The notes beneath the pieces are model-generated. The model was not told where the DNA came from. It ran no database searches and saw only the letters and a list, made by a program, of their open reading frames with translations. A stretch of DNA of 64,000 nt from TPA_inf: Saccharomyces (Eukaryota), in contig BK006946.2 in the NCBI GenBank assembly GCA_000146045.2, positions 128,001 through 192,000 of the forward strand. The letters run 5' to 3'. Of the stretch, positions 1 to 11,062 are shown one piece after another. How positions within the stretch are numbered: the first letter of the stretch is position 1; every line of letters starts with the position of its first letter. The position numbers were made by a program, and so were the translations under genes.

Positions 1-1367
1 ACAAAACTCTTCAAACCAGGCAAGAATGACATAACATCAAGACCTAAAGTATCACCACCAATTGGTTTCAGTGCGAAATCAATCAAAGGTGGTTCTAAAA
101 GTTGTAAAGAAACAATTTTGATATTTGGGAAAGCTTTACCAAATTCAACTTTAATACGCATTTTACCAGCAACGTTAATGTCTTCAACCAAAATAGGCAT
201 TGTTTTAGAGACAAAACTTTTTCCTAACGTGACACCCAGAGATATTTTTGGATTGATCTTCTCCCTAGCTTCAGTAGCTGTCATATCCGAGACATCGCTT
301 GGGGTGAATGCAAATGACCAATCCATTTCAACAGTGTTTTTACCAGTCTTGGTGTACGATTTAATACCTTTTATGGTGGGAGCTTTAGAGCCCAGAGTGA
401 ATTCATCGATAGCTAACGCATCGATACCGTAACCTGGAGCAACACCTGCCAGTTGAGGGTTAACGTTATCTTTGACTTGTTGAGATAAAACTGGCATGTA
501 AATCACCCAAAATTTTGATAAAAATGAATTCAACCACGTAGTGGATTCAACGCGATCCGACAAGGTTTCTTCGACTGTAACTCTTTTCAAGTCATCTCTG
601 ATATTTCTGTTGAATCTTGTATATTCTGCGTTGTAAACGGTCGCAGTTCCCAAGAAGATAAATATCATAGACCACCATGAAAACCCAATGTAAGCAAATA
701 ACCATGAGAAGAAACAAGTTCCAAGAACGGTGGCTATATTACAGTACCAATCGTTATAAAAATTTTCCAGAATGTAAGCTTTTATAACCCTGGACATCTT
801 TGTATTTGGCGAACCCTTTCCTGAAGCATGGAACTCACCAACATTTTGCCATGGAAATAACTTGTCGTCGGAATCTAGGTGAAATTTTTCCTTAATATCC
901 TTTTCATCAAGTTTGCCTAAGTCGTCTAAGACGCCAGGCTTAGTAATCGAAGTGTCGAATTTATTTGGCTTCCTAGATGGTGCTGATCTGAATTCCTTCG
1001 GACGTAAACCTTCCAATGGCACGGCTCCTATGCTTCCCTGTGGGTTGGGACCGGGCAATTGATTGGTTTTTTGAGCGCTGGAGGCAACAAATATGTCTTT
1101 TGATGACTGTTTCTTACCTTCCGGGTTGGAGTCAGCAGTTTTCTGACCTTTAGACACATCAGAAACTGAATTTGAGGTCTTTGTGTCATTTGCGTCATGG
1201 TTAATCAGTTGGTGGTATTGATGGTGACCCGATGGAGCGTGATCAGAACCCCTTTCTTGTTGATTTATGACCTTTTGAGGTAAATTGCCTCCTACTTTCT
1301 TCTTCTCCTCCTCATGAAATAGGGTACTATCAGGTGGGGGATGGACTTGAGCTTTGATGCCAGTCAT
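1..1367 (-). CDS. TCB3: Tricalbin (N-terminal part; gene continues beyond window start). The minus-strand translation from the ATG at 1367 begins MTGIKAQVHPPPDSTLFHEEEKKKVGG... and contains TM/SMP-like segments.
   Basis: Open minus-strand frame from 1367 to the window edge, translated by hand. N-terminal sequence and the position next to COG8 fit YML072C. The ORF track shows only antisense fragments here because the gene is truncated by the window. Confidence 0.75.
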   Translation of the reverse strand, partial: MTGIKAQVHPPPDSTLFHEEEKKKVGGNLPQKVINQQERGSDHAPSGHHQYHQLINHDANDTKTSNSVSDVSKGQKTADSNPEGKKQSSKDIFVASSAQKTNQLPGPNPQGSIGAVPLEGLRPKEFRSAPSRKPNKFDTSITKPGVLDDLGKLDEKDIKEKFHLDSDDKLFPWQNVGEFHASGKGSPNTKMSRVIKAYILENFYNDWYCNIATVLGTCFFSWLFAYIGFSWWSMIFIFLGTATVYNAEYTRFNRNIRDDLKRVTVEETLSDRVESTTWLNSFLSKFWVIYMPVLSQQVKDNVNPQLAGVAPGYGIDALAIDEFTLGSKAPTIKGIKSYTKTGKNTVEMDWSFAFTPSDVSDMTATEAREKINPKISLGVTLGKSFVSKTMPILVEDINVAGKMRIKVEFGKAFPNIKIVSLQLLEPPLIDFALKPIGGDTLGLDVMSFLPGLKSF

Positions 1368-1748
1368 TTTTCTTGACTTTCAATGCGTAGCTCTACTTAT
1401 TTTCTTTCTAGCAATATTGCGTATGTCAATAAACAAAGCTAGCTAATGATGCTCTTTATATTGTTAAGAAGAAAACTGATTAAATTAAGTAACGCTAAAA
1501 AGCAAAGTTGTCTATCAAAGTGAAATGTATCGCAATTGGAAAAGGTAAGTGCAATTCTAAAGGATGTAAGGTACAATTATCCCTTTTTCCCTTTCTGACT
1601 GCAGCAGTGTGTTGTAAAGGTATACATACATTCTCGTATTGTTGTTTCTCCCCCTTCTCGCGCTGGCGAAGAAGTGAAAAAAAAAAATAAAAAAATGGAA
1701 ATTTCGGACGATCGTCATTTTGAAAATACATAGTGAGCCAATATTATA

Positions 1749-3572
1749 CTAGGAGTATATATATTTAGAGGCCAGTTCTGCTCTCTTGTCAATTGCCCGG
1801 GCGAGCTGCTCGGTCGTAAACAAGCTAGTGTCATTGATTTTTTTTAGGAAGAGGTGGTGGTAGTTTCGATTCAGGTCGCAAAGACGGAATGAACAGTACA
1901 CCAACTGCAGGCAAACGGAGTCACTCAGCTTGATGCTATTTAACCCACGAGTGAGGTCTTTTAATACGTATGTTATGCACTTATCAACGAATTGCAACAT
2001 GACTGCATTTGTAGGTATTTTGTTTTCCCTTTTTGAAGTCCGAATCTTTTTGCTTGGCTCCTCTGGGGTCACTTCAACCTTATTAATTTCTTCTTCTTCT
2101 TTTTCTGCCTTGTTATCTATGCTTTTGCTTGGCTCTTCTGGGGTCACCTCAACCTTATTAATTTCTTCTTCCTCTTTTTCTGCCTTGTTATCTTTGGTAT
2201 TTACTTCTTCCTCTTTTTCTTTTTCAGCCTTGTCTTCTGTTTTGTTTACTGTTTCATTTTCTATCTCATTTTCTGTTTTCCTTTCTGCTCCATCATCTTC
2301 GCCTTCCACTTTGCCTTGTACTTCCTCTTGTACATCTTCTATCGATTTATTTTCTGTCACATCTTCTTCATTGTTCGCTACGCTATCTTGTTTTTGATAT
2401 TCTTCCTTCTTTGTTTCTTTCTCCTTTTCTTCAATTTCTTTCTCTTCGTTAGTCCCATTTATCCTTAGCACAGTACTTTCTAGTTCCTCTGGGAAAGGAA
2501 TCTCTAAGTCATTTGTATCATACAAGAAGCTTTTCAGAAAGACATTCAAGGACATGTAGACATGTTCCCTGAGGACTTCAATTTTCCTCTTAACCATCAT
2601 TTCAATTAAAGATTCATTAGAAGACTCAACGTCCAAAGGATATGATGCTATTTCATCGGTAATGAATTTGTATCTCATGGCTAAAAACACACTTAATAAT
2701 GATTTATTAGTCTTTCCATCAAATGGTGGAATTGAATTCAAGTACTGTAGTATTTTCTTTAGTGAGTTTACTGATACATTAGTAGACAGTAATTTTACCA
2801 GCCCGGATAACATGGTAGTACTAATTTCGTTTAAAACTTTTTCGCAAACTTCATCCACAATGGTTGAACCAGGGAATCTTGACCTCAGGGAAGTAGTGTG
2901 TGTGTATAGCATGACGGCCTCCTGGTAATGACCTGTTCTGATACATGTGCGGGCCAAAAATGGTAGTTCCATCAAATCCGTAATGCTATCCAAATTTTCT
3001 AGTACAGTGACTAATGTGTCAGATCTAATGTCGTCCTTGTCATCTTCTTTAGTTGAAATTCTGTTTCTTAACCTACTTAATGCCTTGTGAAACTCATCCT
3101 CCTTCTTCTTTCTTGCCAGATTGTTACTCTCAGTCGTCATGATGCGACCTGTGTCGTTGTCTTCTTTATCGTCTTCCAAAAAGTCATCAATAGAAACGCT
3201 TTCATTGTTTATATCGTCATTTGTAACGTTTCGATCGGCTGCCTTATTAATATTAGTATCCAATTCCCATAATTGCTCCAAAGACTTGGCTATATCATCC
3301 AATTGAGCCCTATCATCGTTTTCAAGAATATTTCCGATAATCTGAGACGTATTATCTAGTAGTGTTTTCCTTATCTTTCTATCAAGGGCAGATAATTCAG
3401 CATCAATTTCTGCTATGTCTTCAGTTATGCTACCAGGAACAGCCCTAGATGAAAAATAACTTTCATAGTCTTTCGTGTTAGATTGTAGGATATCCTGTAG
3501 GAAATCAAGACTTAACCGTTTTTGTTCCTCTGTTAAATCATCAGAAATGAGGCTGTTTAGTATCAGCTCCAT
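1749..3572 (-). CDS. COG8: Conserved oligomeric Golgi complex subunit 8 (607 aa from the first ATG; the track ORF begins 3 codons upstream at a TTG)
   Basis: ORF-track 610-aa minus ORF, with the first ATG at 3572 giving 607 aa. Acidic KE-rich C-terminal half; synteny TCB3-COG8-DAK1. Confidence 0.85.
   Translation of the reverse strand: MELILNSLISDDLTEEQKRLSLDFLQDILQSNTKDYESYFSSRAVPGSITEDIAEIDAELSALDRKIRKTLLDNTSQIIGNILENDDRAQLDDIAKSLEQLWELDTNINKAADRNVTNDDINNESVSIDDFLEDDKEDNDTGRIMTTESNNLARKKKEDEFHKALSRLRNRISTKEDDKDDIRSDTLVTVLENLDSITDLMELPFLARTCIRTGHYQEAVMLYTHTTSLRSRFPGSTIVDEVCEKVLNEISTTMLSGLVKLLSTNVSVNSLKKILQYLNSIPPFDGKTNKSLLSVFLAMRYKFITDEIASYPLDVESSNESLIEMMVKRKIEVLREHVYMSLNVFLKSFLYDTNDLEIPFPEELESTVLRINGTNEEKEIEEKEKETKKEEYQKQDSVANNEEDVTENKSIEDVQEEVQGKVEGEDDGAERKTENEIENETVNKTEDKAEKEKEEEVNTKDNKAEKEEEEINKVEVTPEEPSKSIDNKAEKEEEEINKVEVTPEEPSKKIRTSKRENKIPTNAVMLQFVDKCITYVLKDLTRGLNSIKLSDSVCLQLVYCSFRLCDLNRNYHHLFLKKINDTSLFTTEQLARAIDKRAELASKYIYS
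2051..2200. repeat. Two near-identical 75-bp tandem copies inside the COG8 coding region (encodes DNKAEKEEEEINKVEVTPEEPSK twice)
   Basis: Direct comparison of 2051-2125 with 2126-2200 shows only a few mismatches. The period of 75 is a multiple of 3, so the frame is preserved. Confidence 0.8.
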
Positions 3573-3824
3573 TTTACTCAATGATTATGTTTATTGTTGA
3601 AATATGTTCCCTCAAATGTCCTAACACTTCTATGATTATTTTTTCTGTGCTTCTCTTTTCAGTATGTTACTACGCTATATTTTTAGACATTGAAGCCATG
3701 ATCGCGAGATCGATCTAATGTACGTATAAAAAGAAAATGGACTTCAAGAGTACAACTAACTAAAGGAAAATCCAACTCTTCCTATAAATTTAGAATTAGC
3801 ATATTCAAAAAAGAAGAAACAAAG

Positions 3825-3896
3825 CACTCACGATGGGGGTCGAACCCATAATCTTCTGATTAGAAGTCAGACGCGTTGCCATTACGCCACGCGAGC
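3825..3896 (-). tRNA. tR(UCU): tRNA-Arg (anticodon UCU), 72 nt
   Basis: Reverse complement reads GCTCGCGTGGCGTAATGGCAACGCGTCTGACTTCTAATCAGAAGATTATGGGTTCGACCCCCATCGTGAGTG. It has a cloverleaf with TCT at the anticodon position and a GGGTTCGACCCCC T-arm. Confidence 0.9.
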
Positions 3897-4029
3897 TAAA
3901 TTTCTTGAATTGTTGGGTAAACAAATATTACTAATACAAATGTTATTAGAAACCAAAAATGCACTTTTCCGGGGTTAATATATATGATTGAGTGATGGAT
4001 GAAGAATGAGATAATTGTTTAAATTCTAT

Positions 4030-4322
4030 AGTTGTCAAGCGCTGTGATACCAGATACACAAAATGTACTAGAGGTTCTCCTCGAGAATATGAAAATCCAC
4101 AATAGAGAACCGATATTTCTGTGTAGGAATATTATTATTTCTTCTTTCATTTTGTATGTTCTCGTTCATTTTCCTAGCACATTATCAACCCTTTCATTTC
4201 AATTTCCATTAAAATTGGTGACTGTTTCTCAATATTTATTTGACCGTCTTATACCCAATATGGTAATATACCAGTAATATAAATACTAGTCGTTAGATGA
4301 TAGTTGCTTCTTATTCCGAAAA
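4030..4322 (-). mobile_element. Diverged solo Ty1/Ty2 delta LTR, reverse orientation, about 135 bp upstream (5') of tR(UCU)
   Basis: Contains delta hallmarks in reverse complement: ...TACTAGAGGTTCTCCTCGAGAATATG... and ...CCAGTAATATAAATACTAGTCGTTAGATGATAGTTGCTTCTTATTCCGAAAA. Boundaries are approximate because the termini are mutated. Confidence 0.55.
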
Positions 4323-5474
4323 TGAGTATGGAAGTGTTGCATATGATAGGGCGGCTACAGTGATGGTAAACATAAGATACTTTAGCGGGAAATTAGCAAC
4401 TGGAAGTTAAATTATCTAGACATAAGTGTGGCGGTCACGCTGAACGCAGGAGATCGGATAGATTGATAAGCTGATCAAGAACATTGATCGGTTTGTTGTT
4501 TAAAGAATGGTTTTTGAAAACGTTTGACCAGTTGCTTCTCCCAGACGCTTACCGATATGATGATAAAGATAATATCTTCAATTGAATACCCCGTGGATCA
4601 GCACGAATAACAGAAAAAAAGGGTGAAATTCACCGTAAGCATGATACGCACTACGTTCTTCTTACCTTTGCCAACGTGTTGTCTTTGACGTACGTAATTA
4701 TGGGAGATCGTTGATGATTAGCCCCAGCTCACTTTCTTCTTAATGACTGACCCGCTACTATCAAAATTAAGGTGTCAAATATCATGATGAATGAGGTCTC
4801 TAGGCGACTCAATTATACATCTTTTAGAGATTTTTTTACTACTTGCAGATAATTTCTCAAGGGATTAGATTCAAATCTGGCTTGTCAATTACGCCCTTTT
4901 CAAGCTCATCAAATTGCGTATGTCATTCATGCTTCCATTAGGAACCATAGAAGCATGGCTGAAATGGCAATATACGGCTTCCCAATTTCAACTCTAAAGT
5001 AATGGCGGTCGAATTTAATCTATATTTTACAGTTTTATACGTACTTTAAAAGCAATCAGTAAACACCTCTGGTGCTATTCAAGGGTTTTTTGCCTTTATT
5101 TGTTACTGTCAATTGTCTGGCGCTGTGATAAAAAACAAGGCATAAAGCTCCCCCGTCATGAACATTAAGACTCGCTAGACGAGAGAGTGAAATATAATGC
5201 ATTTCCTGATTTAAATGCGCTACAAACATGGTGTAAATCTGGCCCGGAGTGAGTGCTTGCCAATTTGGCTTCTAAGGGAGAAAGATCAAACCACTCCCAA
5301 TTGCGTCATTTTGAAAGAGTGGCCACCTCGCGAGCGTCTGTCGAACTAACTGATGAATAAATATATAAGGAGAAAATCACTTCAACTTCGCTACAAGTAG
5401 TCACTATTTGTAGCAACTGTAAACGAACACATCAAAGAATAAGATTACATTCTATATCTAAGACTAAATTTTAA

Positions 5475-7229
5475 ATGTCCGCTAAATCGTTTGAAGTCAC
5501 AGATCCAGTCAATTCAAGTCTCAAAGGGTTTGCCCTTGCTAACCCCTCCATTACGCTGGTCCCTGAAGAAAAAATTCTCTTCAGAAAGACCGATTCCGAC
5601 AAGATCGCATTAATTTCTGGTGGTGGTAGTGGACATGAACCTACACACGCCGGTTTCATTGGTAAGGGTATGTTGAGTGGCGCCGTGGTTGGCGAAATTT
5701 TTGCATCCCCTTCAACAAAACAGATTTTAAATGCAATCCGTTTAGTCAATGAAAATGCGTCTGGCGTTTTATTGATTGTGAAGAACTACACAGGTGATGT
5801 TTTGCATTTTGGTCTGTCCGCTGAGAGAGCAAGAGCCTTGGGTATTAACTGCCGCGTTGCTGTCATAGGTGATGATGTTGCAGTTGGCAGAGAAAAGGGT
5901 GGTATGGTTGGTAGAAGAGCATTGGCAGGTACCGTTTTGGTTCATAAGATTGTAGGTGCCTTCGCAGAAGAATATTCTAGTAAGTATGGCTTAGACGGTA
6001 CAGCTAAAGTGGCTAAAATTATCAACGACAATTTGGTGACCATTGGATCTTCTTTAGACCATTGTAAAGTTCCTGGCAGGAAATTCGAAAGTGAATTAAA
6101 CGAAAAACAAATGGAATTGGGTATGGGTATTCATAACGAACCTGGTGTGAAAGTTTTAGACCCTATTCCTTCTACCGAAGACTTGATCTCCAAGTATATG
6201 CTACCAAAACTATTGGATCCAAACGATAAGGATAGAGCTTTTGTAAAGTTTGATGAAGATGATGAAGTTGTCTTGTTAGTTAACAATCTCGGCGGTGTTT
6301 CTAATTTTGTTATTAGTTCTATCACTTCCAAAACTACGGATTTCTTAAAGGAAAATTACAACATAACCCCGGTTCAAACAATTGCTGGCACATTGATGAC
6401 CTCCTTCAATGGTAATGGGTTCAGTATCACATTACTAAACGCCACTAAGGCTACAAAGGCTTTGCAATCTGATTTTGAGGAGATCAAATCAGTACTAGAC
6501 TTGTTGAACGCATTTACGAACGCACCGGGCTGGCCAATTGCAGATTTTGAAAAGACTTCTGCCCCATCTGTTAACGATGACTTGTTACATAATGAAGTAA
6601 CAGCAAAGGCCGTCGGTACCTATGACTTTGACAAGTTTGCTGAGTGGATGAAGAGTGGTGCTGAACAAGTTATCAAGAGCGAACCGCACATTACGGAACT
6701 AGACAATCAAGTTGGTGATGGTGATTGTGGTTACACTTTAGTGGCAGGAGTTAAAGGCATCACCGAAAACCTTGACAAGCTGTCGAAGGACTCATTATCT
6801 CAGGCGGTTGCCCAAATTTCAGATTTCATTGAAGGCTCAATGGGAGGTACTTCTGGTGGTTTATATTCTATTCTTTTGTCGGGTTTTTCACACGGATTAA
6901 TTCAGGTTTGTAAATCAAAGGATGAACCCGTCACTAAGGAAATTGTGGCTAAGTCACTCGGAATTGCATTGGATACTTTATACAAATATACAAAGGCAAG
7001 GAAGGGATCATCCACCATGATTGATGCTTTAGAACCATTCGTTAAAGAATTTACTGCATCTAAGGATTTCAATAAGGCGGTAAAAGCTGCAGAGGAAGGT
7101 GCTAAATCCACTGCTACATTCGAGGCCAAATTTGGCAGAGCTTCGTATGTCGGCGATTCATCTCAAGTAGAAGATCCTGGTGCAGTAGGCCTATGTGAGT
7201 TTTTGAAGGGGGTTCAAAGCGCCTTGTAA
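5475..7229 (+). CDS. DAK1: Dihydroxyacetone kinase, 584 aa
   Basis: ORF track; begins MSAKSFEVTDPVNSSLKGFALANPS with a GGGSGHEPTHAGF DhaK motif. Length matches DAK1. Confidence 0.95.
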   Translation: MSAKSFEVTDPVNSSLKGFALANPSITLVPEEKILFRKTDSDKIALISGGGSGHEPTHAGFIGKGMLSGAVVGEIFASPSTKQILNAIRLVNENASGVLLIVKNYTGDVLHFGLSAERARALGINCRVAVIGDDVAVGREKGGMVGRRALAGTVLVHKIVGAFAEEYSSKYGLDGTAKVAKIINDNLVTIGSSLDHCKVPGRKFESELNEKQMELGMGIHNEPGVKVLDPIPSTEDLISKYMLPKLLDPNDKDRAFVKFDEDDEVVLLVNNLGGVSNFVISSITSKTTDFLKENYNITPVQTIAGTLMTSFNGNGFSITLLNATKATKALQSDFEEIKSVLDLLNAFTNAPGWPIADFEKTSAPSVNDDLLHNEVTAKAVGTYDFDKFAEWMKSGAEQVIKSEPHITELDNQVGDGDCGYTLVAGVKGITENLDKLSKDSLSQAVAQISDFIEGSMGGTSGGLYSILLSGFSHGLIQVCKSKDEPVTKEIVAKSLGIALDTLYKYTKARKGSSTMIDALEPFVKEFTASKDFNKAVKAAEEGAKSTATFEAKFGRASYVGDSSQVEDPGAVGLCEFLKGVQSAL

Positions 7230-7499
7230 GTACTTGGCTCACGAATACATATCAAGATACTTATGATATATATATATAGAAAAAGCTTACTTTTCTTGGA
7301 GTTATTGTTATTATCATCGCGAAGAACGATTGTATAACCCGGTTCAACGCGAAACGAATCGTTAAACTGGTGAAATGTTAACGCGAGTGTCAGAGATATA
7401 CATAGTATGAGAGTAGCTAGATGTTGAATCGGTGGTAAGAACAAGAAGGAAATACCGTTAACAAGTGAAGGAACAATCTAGTATTGTTGAACAAGAATT

Positions 7500-9158
7500 A
7501 TGAGTACCGACTTTGATAGAATTTACTTGAACCAATCTAAATTTAGCGGTAGATTCCGTATTGCTGATTCTGGGTTAGGGTGGAAAATTAGTACCAGTGG
7601 TGGCTCTGCAGCAAATCAGGCAAGAAAACCATTTTTATTACCAGCCACAGAATTATCTACCGTCCAATGGAGTAGGGGCTGCAGGGGTTACGACTTGAAG
7701 ATAAATACCAAAAATCAAGGTGTTATCCAACTAGATGGATTTTCTCAGGATGACTATAACTTAATCAAGAATGATTTCCATCGCCGTTTTAATATTCAGG
7801 TAGAGCAAAGAGAACATTCCTTACGTGGTTGGAACTGGGGTAAGACAGACCTTGCCAGGAATGAAATGGTTTTTGCTTTAAATGGTAAACCAACTTTTGA
7901 AATTCCTTATGCTAGAATAAATAATACAAATTTGACCTCTAAAAATGAAGTAGGAATAGAATTTAATATTCAAGATGAAGAGTACCAACCAGCCGGTGAC
8001 GAATTGGTAGAGATGAGGTTCTATATTCCTGGTGTTATTCAAACAAACGTCGATGAAAACATGACCAAAAAGGAAGAGTCAAGCAACGAGGTCGTACCAA
8101 AGAAAGAAGATGGTGCTGAAGGAGAAGATGTACAAATGGCAGTAGAGGAAAAGAGTATGGCAGAAGCATTCTATGAAGAACTAAAGGAAAAGGCAGACAT
8201 CGGGGAAGTCGCTGGTGATGCAATAGTTTCCTTCCAAGACGTCTTTTTTACCACGCCAAGAGGTCGTTATGATATCGATATTTACAAGAACTCCATTAGA
8301 CTCAGGGGTAAGACCTATGAATACAAATTGCAACATCGTCAAATACAAAGAATTGTTTCGTTACCAAAGGCAGATGATATCCATCACTTATTGGTTTTGG
8401 CAATTGAACCTCCTTTACGTCAAGGACAGACCACCTACCCCTTTCTTGTCTTACAATTTCAGAAAGATGAGGAAACAGAAGTGCAATTGAATCTAGAAGA
8501 TGAAGATTATGAGGAAAATTATAAGGATAAATTGAAAAAACAATATGATGCTAAAACTCATATAGTTTTAAGTCATGTATTAAAAGGTCTGACTGACCGT
8601 AGAGTCATTGTTCCTGGAGAATATAAATCCAAATATGATCAGTGTGCAGTTTCATGTTCTTTCAAAGCAAACGAAGGTTATTTGTATCCATTAGATAACG
8701 CTTTCTTCTTTTTAACTAAGCCAACTTTGTACATACCATTCAGTGATGTTAGCATGGTAAACATTTCAAGAGCAGGACAAACTTCTACGTCATCGAGGAC
8801 GTTTGATTTGGAAGTGGTACTGCGTTCAAATAGAGGTTCTACCACTTTTGCCAACATCAGTAAGGAAGAGCAGCAATTATTGGAACAATTCCTAAAGTCT
8901 AAAAACCTAAGGGTGAAGAATGAAGATAGAGAGGTACAAGAAAGGTTACAAACCGCTTTAGGTTCAGACAGTGACGAAGAGGATATTAATATGGGTTCCG
9001 CTGGTGAAGATGATGAATCAGTAGATGAGGATTTTCAGGTCAGCTCTGATAATGACGCAGACGAAGTTGCAGAAGAGTTTGATTCAGATGCGGCTTTAAG
9101 TGATGCTGAGGGGGGTAGCGACGAAGAAAGGCCTTCGAAGAAGCCTAAGGTAGAATAG
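7500..9158 (+). CDS. POB3: FACT complex subunit (SSRP1 homolog), 552 aa, acidic C-terminus
   Basis: ORF track; begins MSTDFDRIYLNQSKFSGRFRIADSGLGWK. Length and sequence fit POB3. Confidence 0.95.
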   Translation: MSTDFDRIYLNQSKFSGRFRIADSGLGWKISTSGGSAANQARKPFLLPATELSTVQWSRGCRGYDLKINTKNQGVIQLDGFSQDDYNLIKNDFHRRFNIQVEQREHSLRGWNWGKTDLARNEMVFALNGKPTFEIPYARINNTNLTSKNEVGIEFNIQDEEYQPAGDELVEMRFYIPGVIQTNVDENMTKKEESSNEVVPKKEDGAEGEDVQMAVEEKSMAEAFYEELKEKADIGEVAGDAIVSFQDVFFTTPRGRYDIDIYKNSIRLRGKTYEYKLQHRQIQRIVSLPKADDIHHLLVLAIEPPLRQGQTTYPFLVLQFQKDEETEVQLNLEDEDYEENYKDKLKKQYDAKTHIVLSHVLKGLTDRRVIVPGEYKSKYDQCAVSCSFKANEGYLYPLDNAFFFLTKPTLYIPFSDVSMVNISRAGQTSTSSRTFDLEVVLRSNRGSTTFANISKEEQQLLEQFLKSKNLRVKNEDREVQERLQTALGSDSDEEDINMGSAGEDDESVDEDFQVSSDNDADEVAEEFDSDAALSDAEGGSDEERPSKKPKVE

Positions 9159-9549
9159 TAATAATTTTAGACTGTATAAGTTAAATTTATTGATATTGTG
9201 TAAAAACTAACTAATATATTTTGCCAATTGATATTATCATGACATGGTGAGTGTAAGACACCACCTCTTAATTACTGGTGTTATTCTATACATTTATTTG
9301 AAATTGGTTTTGTTTTGCAAAATATTTATGTTTTGTTAATCTCCTCTACCCTTTCAATGCTTGAAAAATACTTTCAACTTTTCGATTGGGTGATGAAAAA
9401 AAGACAAATAGTGTAAAGGGTTCAAAAATAAATAACAAGCAAGAGAAAGGGACTTTGCTTTTCTCATTTAGTCACCAGTAAGTTATGTCATGGTGTAGAA
9501 TAACGAATTACAGAAAACTAATATAACTGATGAAAGACCAGGGAGTAAA

Positions 9550-10944
9550 ATGGCTTTGACTCAGTTTGAAAATGATTTGGAAATATTAAGAGATATGTAC
9601 CCAGAACTGGAAATGAAATCGGTAAAAGTAGAGGAGGAAGGTGAATTCCCTCAAAGAATTAACGGAAAGTTACTGTTCAAGATATCACTATTGGCCGATG
9701 TAAATATTGAGTTCGGCGAGCAACATATGTTACTTTCAAACTTATCTAATGAATGCGTGGAGTTCACCATATATAGCTGTCATTATCCGGACATTCGACG
9801 GTGTGTTGTTATGGATATCAAATCCTTATGGATATCAACAGATGAAAAGAAGATGTTAATTGACAAAGCGCTGAGACTCGTTGAAGAAACTGTAGATATG
9901 AGTATTGAGTTCGCGGATTCGTTTACCTCCATCCTTATCCTCATCTTTGGGTTTCTTATAGATGATACAGCTATATTACTATTCCCTAATGGAATAAGAA
10001 AGTGCCTGACACAGGATCAGTATGACTTGTTTAAGCAGATAAGTGAGGAAGCCACCCTCCAAAAAGTGAGCAGATCTAACTACCATTGTTGTATTTGTAT
10101 GGAAATGGAAAAGGGTGTTAGAATGATCAAATTGCCATGTGAAAATGCGAATGTAGAACACTATCTTTGCAGAGGATGCGCCAAATCTTATTTCACTGCA
10201 ATGATTCAGGAAAACCGAATATCCAGTGTAAGATGTCCACAATGCGAATACAAAGAATTAAAACTAGAAGATTTCAAGAGCTATAAAAAAATGCTGAAGG
10301 CATTGTTTACACCTTTGATTCCAGTGTCCTTCTTAAAAGAGGTTATCGATACAGAGCTATGTGAAAGATACGAAAAAATGTTCTACAACCAGGCGGCTAC
10401 AAGACTCTCAAAATATTGTCCGTATGCTTGTGTGACTTGTCGAAGATGTGATAGTTGGTGCACAAAAGAAGACCTCGATGATGCGATGATTCAGTGTCAA
10501 AAATGTCATTTTGTATTTTGCTTTGACTGCTTGCATGCCTGGCATGGTTACAACAATAAATGTGGCAAGAAAGTTTCGTTATCGACCGATATTATTGAGG
10601 AATATCTAGATGATACCGTTACTTCATATGAGAGAAAGCGGAAACTGGAGGCAAAATATGGGAGAAGAGTATTAGAACTTGAAGTCAATGATTACCTTGC
10701 TGAAAAAATGTTAGATTTAGCGATTAAAAAAGAGGGTTCGAATTTGCAGCGATGTCCAAAGTGTAAGGTAGTTGTAGAAAGAAGTGAAGGTTGCAATAAA
10801 ATGAAATGCGAAGTATGCGGGACGCTGTTCTGTTTTATATGCGGAGTATTACTTTATCCTGAGGACCCTTATGAACATTTTAGAGAAGCATATTCAGGCT
10901 GTTATGGACGATTGTTTGAAGGTATGCCTGGCACAGAAACTTGA
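9550..10944 (+). CDS. ITT1: RING-IBR-RING (RBR) type E3-like protein, 464 aa
   Basis: ORF track; several CxxC clusters (RING/IBR) in the translated protein. Position between POB3 and ERV41 fits YML068W. Confidence 0.8.
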   Translation: MALTQFENDLEILRDMYPELEMKSVKVEEEGEFPQRINGKLLFKISLLADVNIEFGEQHMLLSNLSNECVEFTIYSCHYPDIRRCVVMDIKSLWISTDEKKMLIDKALRLVEETVDMSIEFADSFTSILILIFGFLIDDTAILLFPNGIRKCLTQDQYDLFKQISEEATLQKVSRSNYHCCICMEMEKGVRMIKLPCENANVEHYLCRGCAKSYFTAMIQENRISSVRCPQCEYKELKLEDFKSYKKMLKALFTPLIPVSFLKEVIDTELCERYEKMFYNQAATRLSKYCPYACVTCRRCDSWCTKEDLDDAMIQCQKCHFVFCFDCLHAWHGYNNKCGKKVSLSTDIIEEYLDDTVTSYERKRKLEAKYGRRVLELEVNDYLAEKMLDLAIKKEGSNLQRCPKCKVVVERSEGCNKMKCEVCGTLFCFICGVLLYPEDPYEHFREAYSGCYGRLFEGMPGTET

Positions 10945-11062
10945 GTGCGATCGCTCTGCCTTCAGTCTCACACTTTTTCTTATAATCTATTGTCATGAAA
11001 TTTATACAGATGAAAATGAAACGTTATCTTGGGTATACTGCATTCTCTTTTCTTTTACATAT

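Noticed and set aside
118-432. 104-aa plus-strand ORF at the window start, and many other 60-160-aa ORFs such as 1930..2397, 5471..5749, 17482..17814, 18253..18735, 38980..39432, 41365..41748, 51893..52258
   Set aside because: All lie antisense to, or overlap, long well-supported genes (TCB3, COG8, DAK1, TEM1, RPS1B upstream, CYB2, YML053C, PRM6). They have low-complexity or hydrophobic translations typical of spurious antisense frames and no independent signals.
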